Origin: Candidatus Latescibacterota bacterium
GTDB lineage: Bacteria; Latescibacterota; UBA2968; GCA-2709665
Assembly (NCBI GenBank): GCA_965205485.1
Contig: OZ242180.1
Span: 2,016,001-2,080,000, forward strand
Reading direction: 5' to 3'
Length of the DNA stretch: 64,000 nucleotides
A model generated the notes under the pieces. It did no database searches and was not told where the DNA came from. It worked only from the letters and a program-made list of their open reading frames with translations. Each line of letters begins with the position of its first letter. Positions within the stretch are counted from its first letter, which is position 1. Below are positions 29,317-39,004 of this stretch, piece after piece. The position numbers were made by a program, and so were the translations under genes.

Positions 29317-30462
29317 CTACGGAATGGCATCCAGAACACGATCGATTTCCTCTTCGGTATTGTAGAAATGCGGCGACAGCCGGATGCCTCCTCCCCGTAT
29401 CGCACAAACGACCCGTGCGTCGGACAGCTTCTGGAAAATCGATTGTGTATCAGTCCGGGAATGACGGAACACCACAATGCCCGACTTTTCGCCGCGAGCC
29501 CTCGAACTCACCACCCGGCAGCCCTTTTCCTCGAGCCCGGCGCAGAGTTGGTCGGTCAACGACAAAACCCTCGCTTCGATGCTTTCGATGCCAATGCGAA
29601 GGAGGAGATCGAGGCCGGCCCTCAACCCATGGATGCCCACGGTATTCAACGTGCCGCACTCAAATCTCCGCGCATCGGGCAACAGCGTGGTATCGTACGA
29701 AAGGAAGTCCCTCGGCTCCACCACGTTCGTCCAACCCAGATTCACCACTCGAAGGTGCGGACGGGCGCGGTGTGAACAATAGAAGACGCCGATACCTTCC
29801 GGACCCAGAAGCCATTTGTGAGCGTCGGCCGATACAAAGTCGATTTCGGCGTCCGCCACGTCCAGGGACAACGCGCCGAGGCTCTGAATGGCGTCCACGA
29901 AGAAGAGGACGCCCCGCGCCCTGCAGAATCGGCCGATTTCGCGGAGTTCGTGGCGGTATCCGCTTGCGAACTCCACCGAGCTTACGGAAAGCACGCGCGT
30001 CCGGTCGTCCACGGCATTCAACAGGTCGTCCGGCGGGATTCGGCCGTCAACCTCGGGAACCCGCCTGACCTCGACGCCCTTCGGCCTCAGGTTCAGCCAC
30101 GGATAGACGTTGGCCGGGAATCCCCGATCGGGTATGACGACGTTGTCGCCCTGCCGCCACGTCAACCCGTTGGCTGCCGTCAGGATGCCATCGGACGTGT
30201 TTTTGACAAAGGCGATCTCCGATGCGTCCGCGCCGATCAGACGTGCGGCCGATTCCCGCGTCTGTGAACATACGTCGTCCCATTCGGGCAGGTTCGCCAT
30301 GCCGTTGCGGGTCACGTCCTGCAGCATGCCGTCCATTGCGCGGTAGACGCTCTGCGAAATTGGCGCGATTCCTGCGTGATTCATATAGATCCAGTTTCGG
30401 GTCACCGGAAACCCGTTCCGGATTTCCTCGATATCGATCTGCACGCTCGCCCCCCGGTCCAC
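29317..30462 (-). CDS. Aminotransferase class V / cysteine desulfurase-like PLP enzyme
   Basis: YMNHAG, FVKNTSDG, VDAIQSLG, DAHKWLLGPEG, IRLSPHFYN. Confidence 0.9.
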   Translation of the reverse strand: MDRGASVQIDIEEIRNGFPVTRNWIYMNHAGIAPISQSVYRAMDGMLQDVTRNGMANLPEWDDVCSQTRESAARLIGADASEIAFVKNTSDGILTAANGLTWRQGDNVVIPDRGFPANVYPWLNLRPKGVEVRRVPEVDGRIPPDDLLNAVDDRTRVLSVSSVEFASGYRHELREIGRFCRARGVLFFVDAIQSLGALSLDVADAEIDFVSADAHKWLLGPEGIGVFYCSHRARPHLRVVNLGWTNVVEPRDFLSYDTTLLPDARRFECGTLNTVGIHGLRAGLDLLLRIGIESIEARVLSLTDQLCAGLEEKGCRVVSSRARGEKSGIVVFRHSRTDTQSIFQKLSDARVVCAIRGGGIRLSPHFYNTEEEIDRVLDAIP

Positions 30463-30531
30463 GCGGGATTCCCATGTGAAACGGCAGATGGTATCGTACC
30501 ATCTGCCGTATGCCTGCCCGCCACCCCGCTC

Positions 30532-32004
30532 TTACTCCAGCCGATAGTTCGGCGCCTCTTTCGTAACCGACACGTCGTGCGCGTGGCTCTCCCGGACACC
30601 CGCCGACGAAACTTTCACGAATCGACCGTTCCTGCGAAGTTCCGCAATGGTTCTCGTACCGCAATAGCCCATGCCCGCCCTCAACCCGCCGATGAGTTGA
30701 TAGATGAACCCTGAGACGGATCCCTTGTAGGGTACCTGCCCTTCGATTCCTTCGGGAACCAGCTTGTTGGCTTCGACGCCTCCCTGGAAATATCTGTCCC
30801 TGCTTCCGCGCTGCATGGCGCCCAGAGAACCCATACCCCTGTACACCTTGAAGGTCCGTCCCTGGTAGATTACCGTCTCCCCGGGACTCTCGTCCGTACC
30901 CGCGAAGAGGAATCCGATCATCACGGAATTCGCGCCCGCCGCGATGGCTTTGGTAATATCTCCCGACTGGGTGATTCCACCGTCCGCGATGGCCGGGACG
31001 CCTGCCTTTTCCGCGACGTCGGCGCAGTCCATGATGGCCGAAACCTGGGGCACGCCGGCTCCGGCGATGACACGGGTCGTGCAACTCGCCGATGGCCCCA
31101 TTCCCACCTTGACCGCGTCCGTTCCGGCCAGAACCAGGTCCCGTGCCGCCTCCGCGGTTACGATGTTCCCTGCAATCACTTCGGTTTGCGGGAAGGCATT
31201 CTTGATGCGTTCCACGGCTTCGAGAACGCCCCGGGAATGGCCGTGCGCCGTATCCACGACGATCACATCCACGTCCCGGTCGACAAGCGTTCCGACACGG
31301 GTTTCCAGATCACCTCCCACCCCCACCGCGGCGCCCACCCGGAGCCTTCCGAGTCTGTCCTTGCATGCATGCGGGTATTGTATCTTCTTCTCGATATCCT
31401 TAACTGTAATCAGGCCCTTGAGAACGCCTTTGTCGTCGACCACGGGCAGCTTTTCGATTCGGTGTTCCTGGAGAATCTCCTGTGCTTCCTCCAGGGAGAT
31501 GCCCAACCGGGCCGTCACCAGCCCCTTGTGCGTCATGACCTCAGACACTTTCCTGTGCACGTTTTTCTCGAACCGGAGGTCTCGGTTGGTCAGGATGCCC
31601 ACAAGCCTCTTGCCGCCGTCAACGATCGGCACTCCGGAAATCCGATACTTGGACATCATCTCAAGCGCTTCCCGGATATAGTTGTCCGGCGCGAGCGTCA
31701 GCGGATCGACGATCATACCGCTTTCCGATCGTTTCACCTTGGCCACCTCTTCGGCCTGTTCTTCGATAGACAGATTCCTGTGTATAATCCCGATGCCGCC
31801 TTCCTGGGCAAGTGCGATAGCGAGACGGGCTTCGGTAACCGTATCCATGGCGGCGCTGACCAGGGGGATATTCAACCTGATCCTGCGGGTGAGCTGCGTG
31901 GTCAGATCCACCTGATTGGGCAGGACTTCGGACTTTCCGGGAATCAGCAGCACATCGTCGTACGTCAGTCCCTCTTTGGCGATTTTTTCCGTGGATCTGT
32001 CCAT
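30532..32004 (-). CDS. guaB: IMP dehydrogenase with CBS domains
   Basis: [45 protein letters not shown]. Confidence 0.95.
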   Translation of the reverse strand: MDRSTEKIAKEGLTYDDVLLIPGKSEVLPNQVDLTTQLTRRIRLNIPLVSAAMDTVTEARLAIALAQEGGIGIIHRNLSIEEQAEEVAKVKRSESGMIVDPLTLAPDNYIREALEMMSKYRISGVPIVDGGKRLVGILTNRDLRFEKNVHRKVSEVMTHKGLVTARLGISLEEAQEILQEHRIEKLPVVDDKGVLKGLITVKDIEKKIQYPHACKDRLGRLRVGAAVGVGGDLETRVGTLVDRDVDVIVVDTAHGHSRGVLEAVERIKNAFPQTEVIAGNIVTAEAARDLVLAGTDAVKVGMGPSASCTTRVIAGAGVPQVSAIMDCADVAEKAGVPAIADGGITQSGDITKAIAAGANSVMIGFLFAGTDESPGETVIYQGRTFKVYRGMGSLGAMQRGSRDRYFQGGVEANKLVPEGIEGQVPYKGSVSGFIYQLIGGLRAGMGYCGTRTIAELRRNGRFVKVSSAGVRESHAHDVSVTKEAPNYRLE

Positions 32005-32075
32005 TGACGTCTCCCTGTGTTTAATTGATCCGGCGCATTTTCGCGATGTCGTCACGTCGTATCCGGATACAGGAA

Positions 32076-32101
32076 ACCCCTTGACATACGTGTCAAGGGG
32101 T
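32076..32101 (-). terminator. 11-bp hairpin in the guaB leader (possible attenuator; weak U-tract)
   Basis: ACCCCTTGACA-tacg-TGTCAAGGGGT; on the minus strand it ends in only a short T run (GGGGTTTCC). Confidence 0.4.
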
Positions 32102-32265
32102 CTGCACAACTTCCCGTTACCAGTTCGGGCGCGGCCGCCGCGCGCAGGTTATCGCGGGCGGCGAAGACCTGTCCATGACGGCGGGCAGGTGTGCCGAGAT
32201 TCCGTTACGCATGCGAAACTCCGGGTGCGGCTGCAAGGATAGTCCATTCATCTGACGAGTCCTCC

Positions 32266-32294
32266 AATATACGGGATTGCCCAGGCTGTGTCAA
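32266..32294 (-). promoter_or_regulatory. sigma70-type promoter toward guaB
   Basis: Minus strand TTGACA-N17-TATATT. Confidence 0.7.
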
Positions 32295-32385
32295 CCGGCA
32301 TCTGGCGGGCATTTCGGCCCTTCCCTTCGTCTCGCCGCGTTTTCAATTCGTAACGGAATCGCAATAAACAGGTATGGATTTTGCC

Positions 32386-32414
32386 TTGACATCCAATTTC
32401 CTATTCGTTAGATT
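32386..32414 (+). promoter_or_regulatory. sigma70-type promoter toward the TPR/exb/tonB operon
   Basis: TTGACA-N17-TAGATT. Confidence 0.65.
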
Positions 32415-32514
32415 TCTATGTTTCTAAGTGTTACATGTGTCTATGCGTCTTGGTACCAGCGATTTACGATGAATCGACGGTGCGGCGCGGCTGTATCGTC
32501 GAGGAGTTGTTTTC

Positions 32515-33717
32515 ATGATATTCAGGCCTTCGGACGGCATCGTTATCATTCTCTGCGGTTTTCTGTTCCTGGGCCTGTTTTCGCCGGTCGAGGCCAGAAG
32601 AAAGTCGAAAAAGGATGAACACAAGCCGCGCGAAGCGCCCGTGGACTCGGGGGCGATGTCAAGGAAGCATGTTTATTTCGGCAAGCGGTATCTGGATAAC
32701 AAACAGTACGACGACGCCCAGGTGCAACTGTCGAAGTCATGGGACTTCAATTCGCGGAATGCCCAAACCGCGTACTATCTGGGCAAGTTGTACAATGAGA
32801 CGGAAAAACCCGAGGACGCCATTACCTGGTTCAACAAAGCAATTGAACTGAATCCCGCGGGCCCCAACGCGCGAAACGCGCTCTACTACCTCGGCCAGCT
32901 TTACGTACAGGAAGGGATGCTCAAGGAGGCCATCGAGGTATACGAAAAGCTTCTCACAATTGCGAAGAAACCCGAACAGCAGGTCCAGTACCTGCATCAG
33001 CTGGTCACGCTTTATATTGAAATCGAAGACTACGATTCAGCGCTGAAGCATACCCGACACTGGGGCCAGTTGGAACCTGACAATCCCGACGTCCAGGACG
33101 CGATCGCAAAGCTCACCCTGCATATGGGGGACGAAGACGAAGCCCTCAAGGAGATGGAGCGGCTGCTGGAAATAAACCCCGAAGATTATACGACGCTCGA
33201 CAATCTCGCCAGGTTGTACGTCCGCATGGGTATGGTCCAGAAGGCGTTCGACGCATATCTGAAGCTCCACGCGCACAGCCCGGAAGATTTCCTTTACCTG
33301 GATCAGCTGCTCAATCTCGGGAAACAGCTGAACAAATCCAGACGGTTTCAAATCGACATCCTTAGAAAGATGATCAGGCTCCAGCCCGACAACCTCAGCG
33401 TCGTCGAGCAACTGGCCGATATGACAGGCGATATCAGTCTGGTCGACAGAGGGCTCAGACTGGATCCGGGAAACGGAAAATTCAACTACATGAGGGGCGA
33501 GTTCCATTACAGGAAGTGGAAGAAATCCAATGCTGCGCGGGATTCCGTCAACGCGCTGAAATGGTTCGGGAGAGCCCGCAAGGATCCGCTCTGGGCCGGA
33601 AACGCCAAACGGATGATCGATGAAATCAACCCTCCCATGTCCGAGGAGGAGAAGAAGAGACTGGAATTCTTCAAAAAGAAGAAGGAGGAGGAGGTAGATA
33701 TCGAAGGGAAGAAATGA
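32515..33717 (+). CDS. Exported tetratricopeptide-repeat protein
   Basis: Signal-like N-terminus; repeated AYYLG.LY...A...(F/Y).KA.EL.P TPR pattern. Confidence 0.85.
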   Translation: MIFRPSDGIVIILCGFLFLGLFSPVEARRKSKKDEHKPREAPVDSGAMSRKHVYFGKRYLDNKQYDDAQVQLSKSWDFNSRNAQTAYYLGKLYNETEKPEDAITWFNKAIELNPAGPNARNALYYLGQLYVQEGMLKEAIEVYEKLLTIAKKPEQQVQYLHQLVTLYIEIEDYDSALKHTRHWGQLEPDNPDVQDAIAKLTLHMGDEDEALKEMERLLEINPEDYTTLDNLARLYVRMGMVQKAFDAYLKLHAHSPEDFLYLDQLLNLGKQLNKSRRFQIDILRKMIRLQPDNLSVVEQLADMTGDISLVDRGLRLDPGNGKFNYMRGEFHYRKWKKSNAARDSVNALKWFGRARKDPLWAGNAKRMIDEINPPMSEEEKKRLEFFKKKKEEEVDIEGKK

Positions 33718-33931
33718 GTCGTGGCGGTCTCCGGGGAAACGACGGGTTCTCCGTGCATTCGTCGTGGAAATCTTATGGTTTCCGGGGCTCGCCGGCAGTC
33801 CGCAATCCACAATTCAATCGTGGCCGATTGGCGACGGTCTGCGCTTCTCGCGCTCGGGAACTCACCGGTAATTTTAAAACAATTTCGTATACATCCGTAG
33901 CGAACATTCACATCAACTGGGGGATTGAGGC

Positions 33932-34558
33932 ATGGTTGAACTTTATGTAAACGGCGGGCCCTTCATGCACCCGCTTCTGCTTATGCTGCTTTTCGGTATT
34001 GCGGTCAGTATTGAACGTTTCTGGTCGCTTTGGCGTTCTTCCATCGACACGCGTGAGTTTTTCACGGCGGTTCAGGAAGCGCTCAAGCAGCGGGGGCCGG
34101 AAGGCGTGGCCGAGGTCTGCGCAAGTCACAGGGGTCCGGTCGCCTCGGTTCTCCATGCCGGCCTTCTCCGCTTGGACCGTGGGCTTGAACACGTCGAGAA
34201 AGCGATAGAAGAATCCGGCGCCATCGAAATGGCGTTCCTGGAAAAAGGCATGGTCTGGCTGTCCACCGTAGCCAATATCGCCCCACTGCTCGGGTTCCTC
34301 GGGACGGTGAGCGGTATGATCAGCGCCTTCGACGCCATTGCGAAAGCCGGCGACGTCGAGCCAAGTATTGTGGCCGCCGGTATTTCCGAAGCGCTGATCA
34401 CCACCGCATCCGGACTGGTCATCGCCATTCCAATCCAGGCGTTGCACAACCTCTTCGTCTCAAAGATAGACAAGATCATCATCGATATGCAGGAGAGTTC
34501 CTCTCAGTTCATCGACGAACTGATCCAGGCTGGCTACGATACGCCCGCGGGAGAATAA
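33932..34558 (+). CDS. exbB: MotA/TolQ/ExbB proton channel
   Basis: APLLGFLGTVSGMI..F...GISEALITTASGL. Confidence 0.9.
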   Translation: MVELYVNGGPFMHPLLLMLLFGIAVSIERFWSLWRSSIDTREFFTAVQEALKQRGPEGVAEVCASHRGPVASVLHAGLLRLDRGLEHVEKAIEESGAIEMAFLEKGMVWLSTVANIAPLLGFLGTVSGMISAFDAIAKAGDVEPSIVAAGISEALITTASGLVIAIPIQALHNLFVSKIDKIIIDMQESSSQFIDELIQAGYDTPAGE

Positions 34559-34561
34559 GCC

Positions 34562-34978
34562 ATGGCGAACAAGCCACAGTTGGCAAGGCGGAACAAATCC
34601 AATCCCGAAATCCCGACTTCGTCGATGGCGGACATCGCCTTTCTGCTGATTGTCTTTTTCCTGGTGACCACCACAATGAACCAGGACAAGGGCATTGGCA
34701 TGCAGCTTCCGCCCGCCGGAGAAAACAAGAAAATCCAGAAAAAGAATATCTGCAACGTCTGGGTGAATGCCGCCGGTGACATCCTCATCAACCTGGAACA
34801 GGAAGTTCCCCTCGGGCAGCTGCGCGCCGACATCGAGCGGCGGCTGAGCGAAAACGACAAGCTGATCGTTTCCCTCAAGGCGGACGAGGAGACGCCCTAT
34901 AACGCATTCATAGACGTTCTGGATGAGATCAAGCTTTCGGGTGCAACGCGGATCTCTCTCGCATCTCCGGAAAAGTAG
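34562..34978 (+). CDS. exbD: ExbD/TolR biopolymer transport protein
   Basis: SMADIAFLLIVFFLVTT; LKADEETPY. Confidence 0.9.
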   Translation: MANKPQLARRNKSNPEIPTSSMADIAFLLIVFFLVTTTMNQDKGIGMQLPPAGENKKIQKKNICNVWVNAAGDILINLEQEVPLGQLRADIERRLSENDKLIVSLKADEETPYNAFIDVLDEIKLSGATRISLASPEK

Positions 34979-35005
34979 GTTCGTCCGGCAACAGGAGTTC
35001 TCAGC

Positions 35006-35416
35006 ATGGCGGATTTTTCAAAAAAATCAGGGGTACATACGTCCATTCCAACCGGTTCAATGGCGGATATCGCCTTTCTTCTCCTGATCTTTTTCATGGT
35101 CACGACGGTTTTCGTCCGCTACCGGGTCACGGGGATCGTATTGCCCAGGGCTGAAAAGGTCGAGGAAATCAAGACGCGCCGCCATATTTCCTACGTCTGG
35201 ATTTCCGCGGACCGGAAGGTCTACATAGACGACAAGATCGCCCAGGTCAACCAGGTTGCTCCCATCTTCTACGAACGCCGCGTGCAGAACCCGCGGCTGA
35301 TCGTCTCACTCAAGTGCGATACGCGGGCGCCCTACGGGCTGGTGTCCGAAGTGATCGAGGAACTGCGCAAAGCCGACGCCCTCCGCGTCAACTTTGCCAC
35401 CGATCGAGAGAGGTAA
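35006..35416 (+). CDS. exbD: ExbD/TolR biopolymer transport protein (second copy)
   Basis: SMADIAFLLLIFFMVTT; LKCDTRAPYG. Confidence 0.9.
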   Translation: MADFSKKSGVHTSIPTGSMADIAFLLLIFFMVTTVFVRYRVTGIVLPRAEKVEEIKTRRHISYVWISADRKVYIDDKIAQVNQVAPIFYERRVQNPRLIVSLKCDTRAPYGLVSEVIEELRKADALRVNFATDRER

Positions 35417-35421
35417 CGCAT

Positions 35422-36093
35422 ATGGCCTATATCATAGGTAAGGATATCGTCCGGAGGAAGTACCCTGAACACGATCTCAGGCGGCGTTATCCAAAAGTCT
35501 TCTGGACGTCGGTCGGGATCTCCTGCGCCCTGCACCTGATCATGGCGATCCTTTTTCCCACGTTCGATATTCGGGCCTCGGCGGGGAAGAAAGACCAGAT
35601 CATCATCCAGATGGAGGAGATCCCGGAAACGCGCCAGATTCAGCGGCCGCCCCCGCCTCCACGGCCGGCCATGCCGGTTGAAACCGAAAGCGACGATGTA
35701 CCCGACGACGTGACCATCGAAACGACCGACCTCGACCTGGATCAGGCCCCCGTAGACCTGCCGCCCCCGCCTCCGGGCGCTACCGAAGCGCCGATGGAAG
35801 AAGAAGTGATGGAGTTCTGGAGCGTGGAGGAAAAACCGGAACTGACCAAGGGAGTCAGCCCCAAATATCCCGAGATCGCCCGCAAAGCGGGGTTGGAGGG
35901 CAATGTTTTCGTCAAGTTCATGGTGCGCAGAGACGGTCGGACGGACAAGGTTCAGGTGTTGAGGGGCCAGGAGATCTTCAGGCAGGCGGCCATCGACGCA
36001 GTCAGACAGTTCGTATTCAAGCCGGCCATACAGAATGACAAGCCCGTGAATGTCTGGATGACCCAGGCCATCAAATTCAAGCTGCACGATTGA
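35422..36093 (+). CDS. tonB: TonB family energy transducer
   Basis: TM helix with S..H, Pro-rich linker, PKYPEIARKAGLEG.V.V.F C-terminal domain. Confidence 0.9.
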   Translation: MAYIIGKDIVRRKYPEHDLRRRYPKVFWTSVGISCALHLIMAILFPTFDIRASAGKKDQIIIQMEEIPETRQIQRPPPPPRPAMPVETESDDVPDDVTIETTDLDLDQAPVDLPPPPPGATEAPMEEEVMEFWSVEEKPELTKGVSPKYPEIARKAGLEGNVFVKFMVRRDGRTDKVQVLRGQEIFRQAAIDAVRQFVFKPAIQNDKPVNVWMTQAIKFKLHD

Positions 36094-36253
36094 GCCCGCA
36101 CACGGCAGTACGAACTCCACGGAGGCCATCACACAACCGGTGGTGGCCTTTCCACATGTCCTGGGTGTTTGACAATATCCCGGGATTTGCCAATATTAAT
36201 CTTTCGAAAGACCACGTTTCCATCAACCTGTATTCTCGAGAGGATCACCTGAT

Positions 36254-37468
36254 ATGCGTTGTCGACAGTCTTTGCTTCTGGTCTTTTGCCTTCTATTCTG
36301 CCAGCCCGCGTGGGCTCAAGTCGCTCCCGAATCGGCGGAAAAATACAACGACGGTCAGGCCCTTTTCGAGAAAAGGCGTTATCAGCAGGCGCTCCAGGCG
36401 TTTGAAGACGCCGTTAAGCTGGATGGCAACAATGCCCAGGCCTATCGAGGTATGGCCAAGACCTACCAGAAGCTCAAGGATTCCGAGAAGGCCATCGCCA
36501 ATTTTCGAATGGCCACCACGGTAAAGGCGGATTACGTTGAAGCCCATTATGAACTTGGGAATCTATTCTTCAACCTGAAAAAGTACAAGGAGGCGCAGGC
36601 GGCGTTCCAGGCGGTGCTGAAGCTCGACGGCAATTTTCAGAACGGCAATGCACGGAATCTGCTGAAAGCGGCCTATTCACGGCAGGGCAGGGAACACCTG
36701 CTCAGGAAGAACTACAGGAAAGCGATCGAGGAATACGAAAACGCAACGCAACTCGATCCCACGGATGCCACCAATTACTACAATCTCGGTCTGTCAGCCA
36801 GAAACGCGCGCAAGATCAAGCAGGCCGAGACCGCCTTTACAACGGCCGTCGAGCTCAATCCCAAGTACGCCAAGGCCCATCGACAACTGGGTGACCTGTA
36901 TCGCCTTACCAAGAGAAACAGCAGGGCGATCCGGAGTTACAGCCGGGCGATCGATAGCGATCCCAATAACAAAGACAAAAAGAATATCAACGCGTACCGC
37001 AGCCTGGCCCTTGTGTACAATCAAACAAAACAACATTCCAAGGCCGTCGCTACCCTTAGAAAAGGCGTTGCGGTGGCGCCAACCAACAGAGACAAAGTCA
37101 GAATCTATACGGCCCTGGGATACTCGCATGCGTTGGGGAAGAACTACAGGAGCGCCGTGTCCGCGTATCAGCAGGCGCTCGCGTTGAACTCCAGGGACAG
37201 CGAAGCCCAGTACAGGGCGGCGGTCGCCTATTTCGAACTCAAACAATACCAGAACGCCCTCAACTACGCCAGAAGAGCCGCGCGGGACCGAAGGTACGGC
37301 GTACCGGCGTACGTCATCATGGGCGACGTATACGACGCGTGGCGGCCCCAGGGATGGAAGGAAAAAGCGATTCAAAACTACTCCAGGGGACTCAGGGACC
37401 GGAAATTCAAAAAGTACTGCGAGGACAAGATCGATCGCATCAAAAACCCCGTTGATACTGGAGAGTAA
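36254..37468 (+). CDS. Exported tetratricopeptide-repeat protein
   Basis: Signal peptide (AWA/Q); multiple TPRs. Confidence 0.87.
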   Translation: MRCRQSLLLVFCLLFCQPAWAQVAPESAEKYNDGQALFEKRRYQQALQAFEDAVKLDGNNAQAYRGMAKTYQKLKDSEKAIANFRMATTVKADYVEAHYELGNLFFNLKKYKEAQAAFQAVLKLDGNFQNGNARNLLKAAYSRQGREHLLRKNYRKAIEEYENATQLDPTDATNYYNLGLSARNARKIKQAETAFTTAVELNPKYAKAHRQLGDLYRLTKRNSRAIRSYSRAIDSDPNNKDKKNINAYRSLALVYNQTKQHSKAVATLRKGVAVAPTNRDKVRIYTALGYSHALGKNYRSAVSAYQQALALNSRDSEAQYRAAVAYFELKQYQNALNYARRAARDRRYGVPAYVIMGDVYDAWRPQGWKEKAIQNYSRGLRDRKFKKYCEDKIDRIKNPVDTGE

Positions 37469-37527
37469 CGACACGAAGCATAAAACCCGGCGTGTCATCC
37501 ACCCGCGCCGGCGCGCCTCCAGAATAG

Positions 37528-37687
37528 CAGTCCGTTGATAAAGTCGCTCTGCAGGCGAGGCCGAGCCATTGTGGCCGAAGACAAGGCGCGCGACCGAGTC
37601 CCATCCAGCGATTCGGCGAGGGAGCGCAACGCAGTATTTCGACCGCAAGGGCCGGCCGTAGCCCGGATGGGCTTTTTCAACGGGCTG
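37528..37687 (-). mobile_element. MITE family 1, full 160-bp copy (inverted)
   Basis: Reverse complement of 19595-19754 with few substitutions; flanks ATAG/TTAG. Confidence 0.85.
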
Positions 37688-37885
37688 TTAGTAATAATCC
37701 CACGCCTTGAACATTCCGTTTCGCGTCAGAGTCGTTTGTCTCATGCAAACCGCAGGCCGTTTTGCGCCGGGGGCCCGGACGCTTGCGCGGGCGAAATCGC
37801 CAAAACGGTCATCCTCCTGCCAGCAAGCTGTCCACCGGTTCATGCATCCATATAGCGTTTAACCGCCCCCTGAAACGACCACGTC

Positions 37886-38323
37886 TTGACGCTCGAAAAC
37901 TTCACGTTTCTTCTTGCCTTTCTGGGCTATCTCGGGCTGTCGGCGAATCTGGTACTCACCGCCAGGGGTACGTGCAGCCGCCCGGCCATCGCCCTGGTTG
38001 CGCTGGTTGCCGTCGCCCACGTCTACCTGGTCTGGGCGTACCGGTACGACTGGCAGTTCGCCATGGCCGTCCGAAACGGCTACGCCGGCTTCTTCATCTT
38101 CCACTCGGCGCTCCTGTCTATCGTAACCGCCACGTTTGTACCGCCGGCGATCTGCAGGTCCCTTATCGCCCTTTCGTTTCTGATCGTTTCCGCAGGCGCC
38201 TCGGGAGCCGTGTTCAGATACGAAGTCGTCAGCATTTATCGCATTCCCGTGCTGCTCAACGCGGGTCTCGGTCTGGGATTCCTCGTCTACAATCAGTATC
38301 GCGGAATCAGGCCGGCCAGGTGA
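37886..38323 (+). CDS. Hypothetical multi-pass membrane protein
   Basis: About five hydrophobic helices; TTG start. Confidence 0.65.
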   Translation: MTLENFTFLLAFLGYLGLSANLVLTARGTCSRPAIALVALVAVAHVYLVWAYRYDWQFAMAVRNGYAGFFIFHSALLSIVTATFVPPAICRSLIALSFLIVSAGASGAVFRYEVVSIYRIPVLLNAGLGLGFLVYNQYRGIRPAR

Positions 38324-38374
38324 TCCACGACCAGATCGCGGGCAGCCGGAAATAGCCAGCCTGCCCGGACCGAC

Positions 38375-39004
38375 ATGACCTCGATTGCAGAGATCCGCCG
38401 GCATCTCGCCGGATATCACCCGCGTCTGGCATCCGGAGACCGGGCCCGCGCCGCCGTGGCATTGGTCCTGCATCAACAGCAGGAAGCGGTTCACCTGCTT
38501 TTTATCGAGCGTTCGCAGCGCGATGGCGATCCGTGGTCGGGCCACGTCGCGTTCCCGGGGGGCAGGGTGGAACCACGCGACGGGAACGCGCGCATGGCCG
38601 CGGAGCGCGAGACTCGGGAGGAAGTCGGCCTGGATCTCGGGACGGCTGAGTATCTCGGTCGACTGGATGACGTCACCGGTGCGACCCTTCCCATCCTCGT
38701 ATCGGGGTTCGTCTACAACGTCGAAATCAGAGATCGGCTGCGTCCAAACCACGAAGTCAAGGACGCTTTCTGGGTGCAATTGAACGTACTCGCCGACGCC
38801 GCATGCCATCGTGAGCGGAGCTTCAGGATCGACAACGCGGAGCGCCGCTTTTCCACGATCGATCTGCCGGGTCCGCGCCACCGCGTACTCTGGGGTATTT
38901 CATATCGCCTGGTCTCGCAGTTGCTGGCGCTCCTGGGCCACCCGTTCCGTTCATCGCTGCCGGCCCCGGCGCCGGGTCGTTCCAAACCCGGAGCGGAAGG
39001 ATGA
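38375..39004 (+). CDS. Nudix hydrolase, CoA pyrophosphatase type
   Basis: WSGHVAFPGG...AAERETREEVG Nudix box; VLWGIS. Confidence 0.9.
   Translation: MTSIAEIRRHLAGYHPRLASGDRARAAVALVLHQQQEAVHLLFIERSQRDGDPWSGHVAFPGGRVEPRDGNARMAAERETREEVGLDLGTAEYLGRLDDVTGATLPILVSGFVYNVEIRDRLRPNHEVKDAFWVQLNVLADAACHRERSFRIDNAERRFSTIDLPGPRHRVLWGISYRLVSQLLALLGHPFRSSLPAPAPGRSKPGAEG

Noticed and set aside
32117..32251. Leader peptide ORF upstream of guaB (MNGLSLQP...)
   Set aside because: Its GGAGG abuts the -10 box and probably precedes the TSS; no informative codon bias
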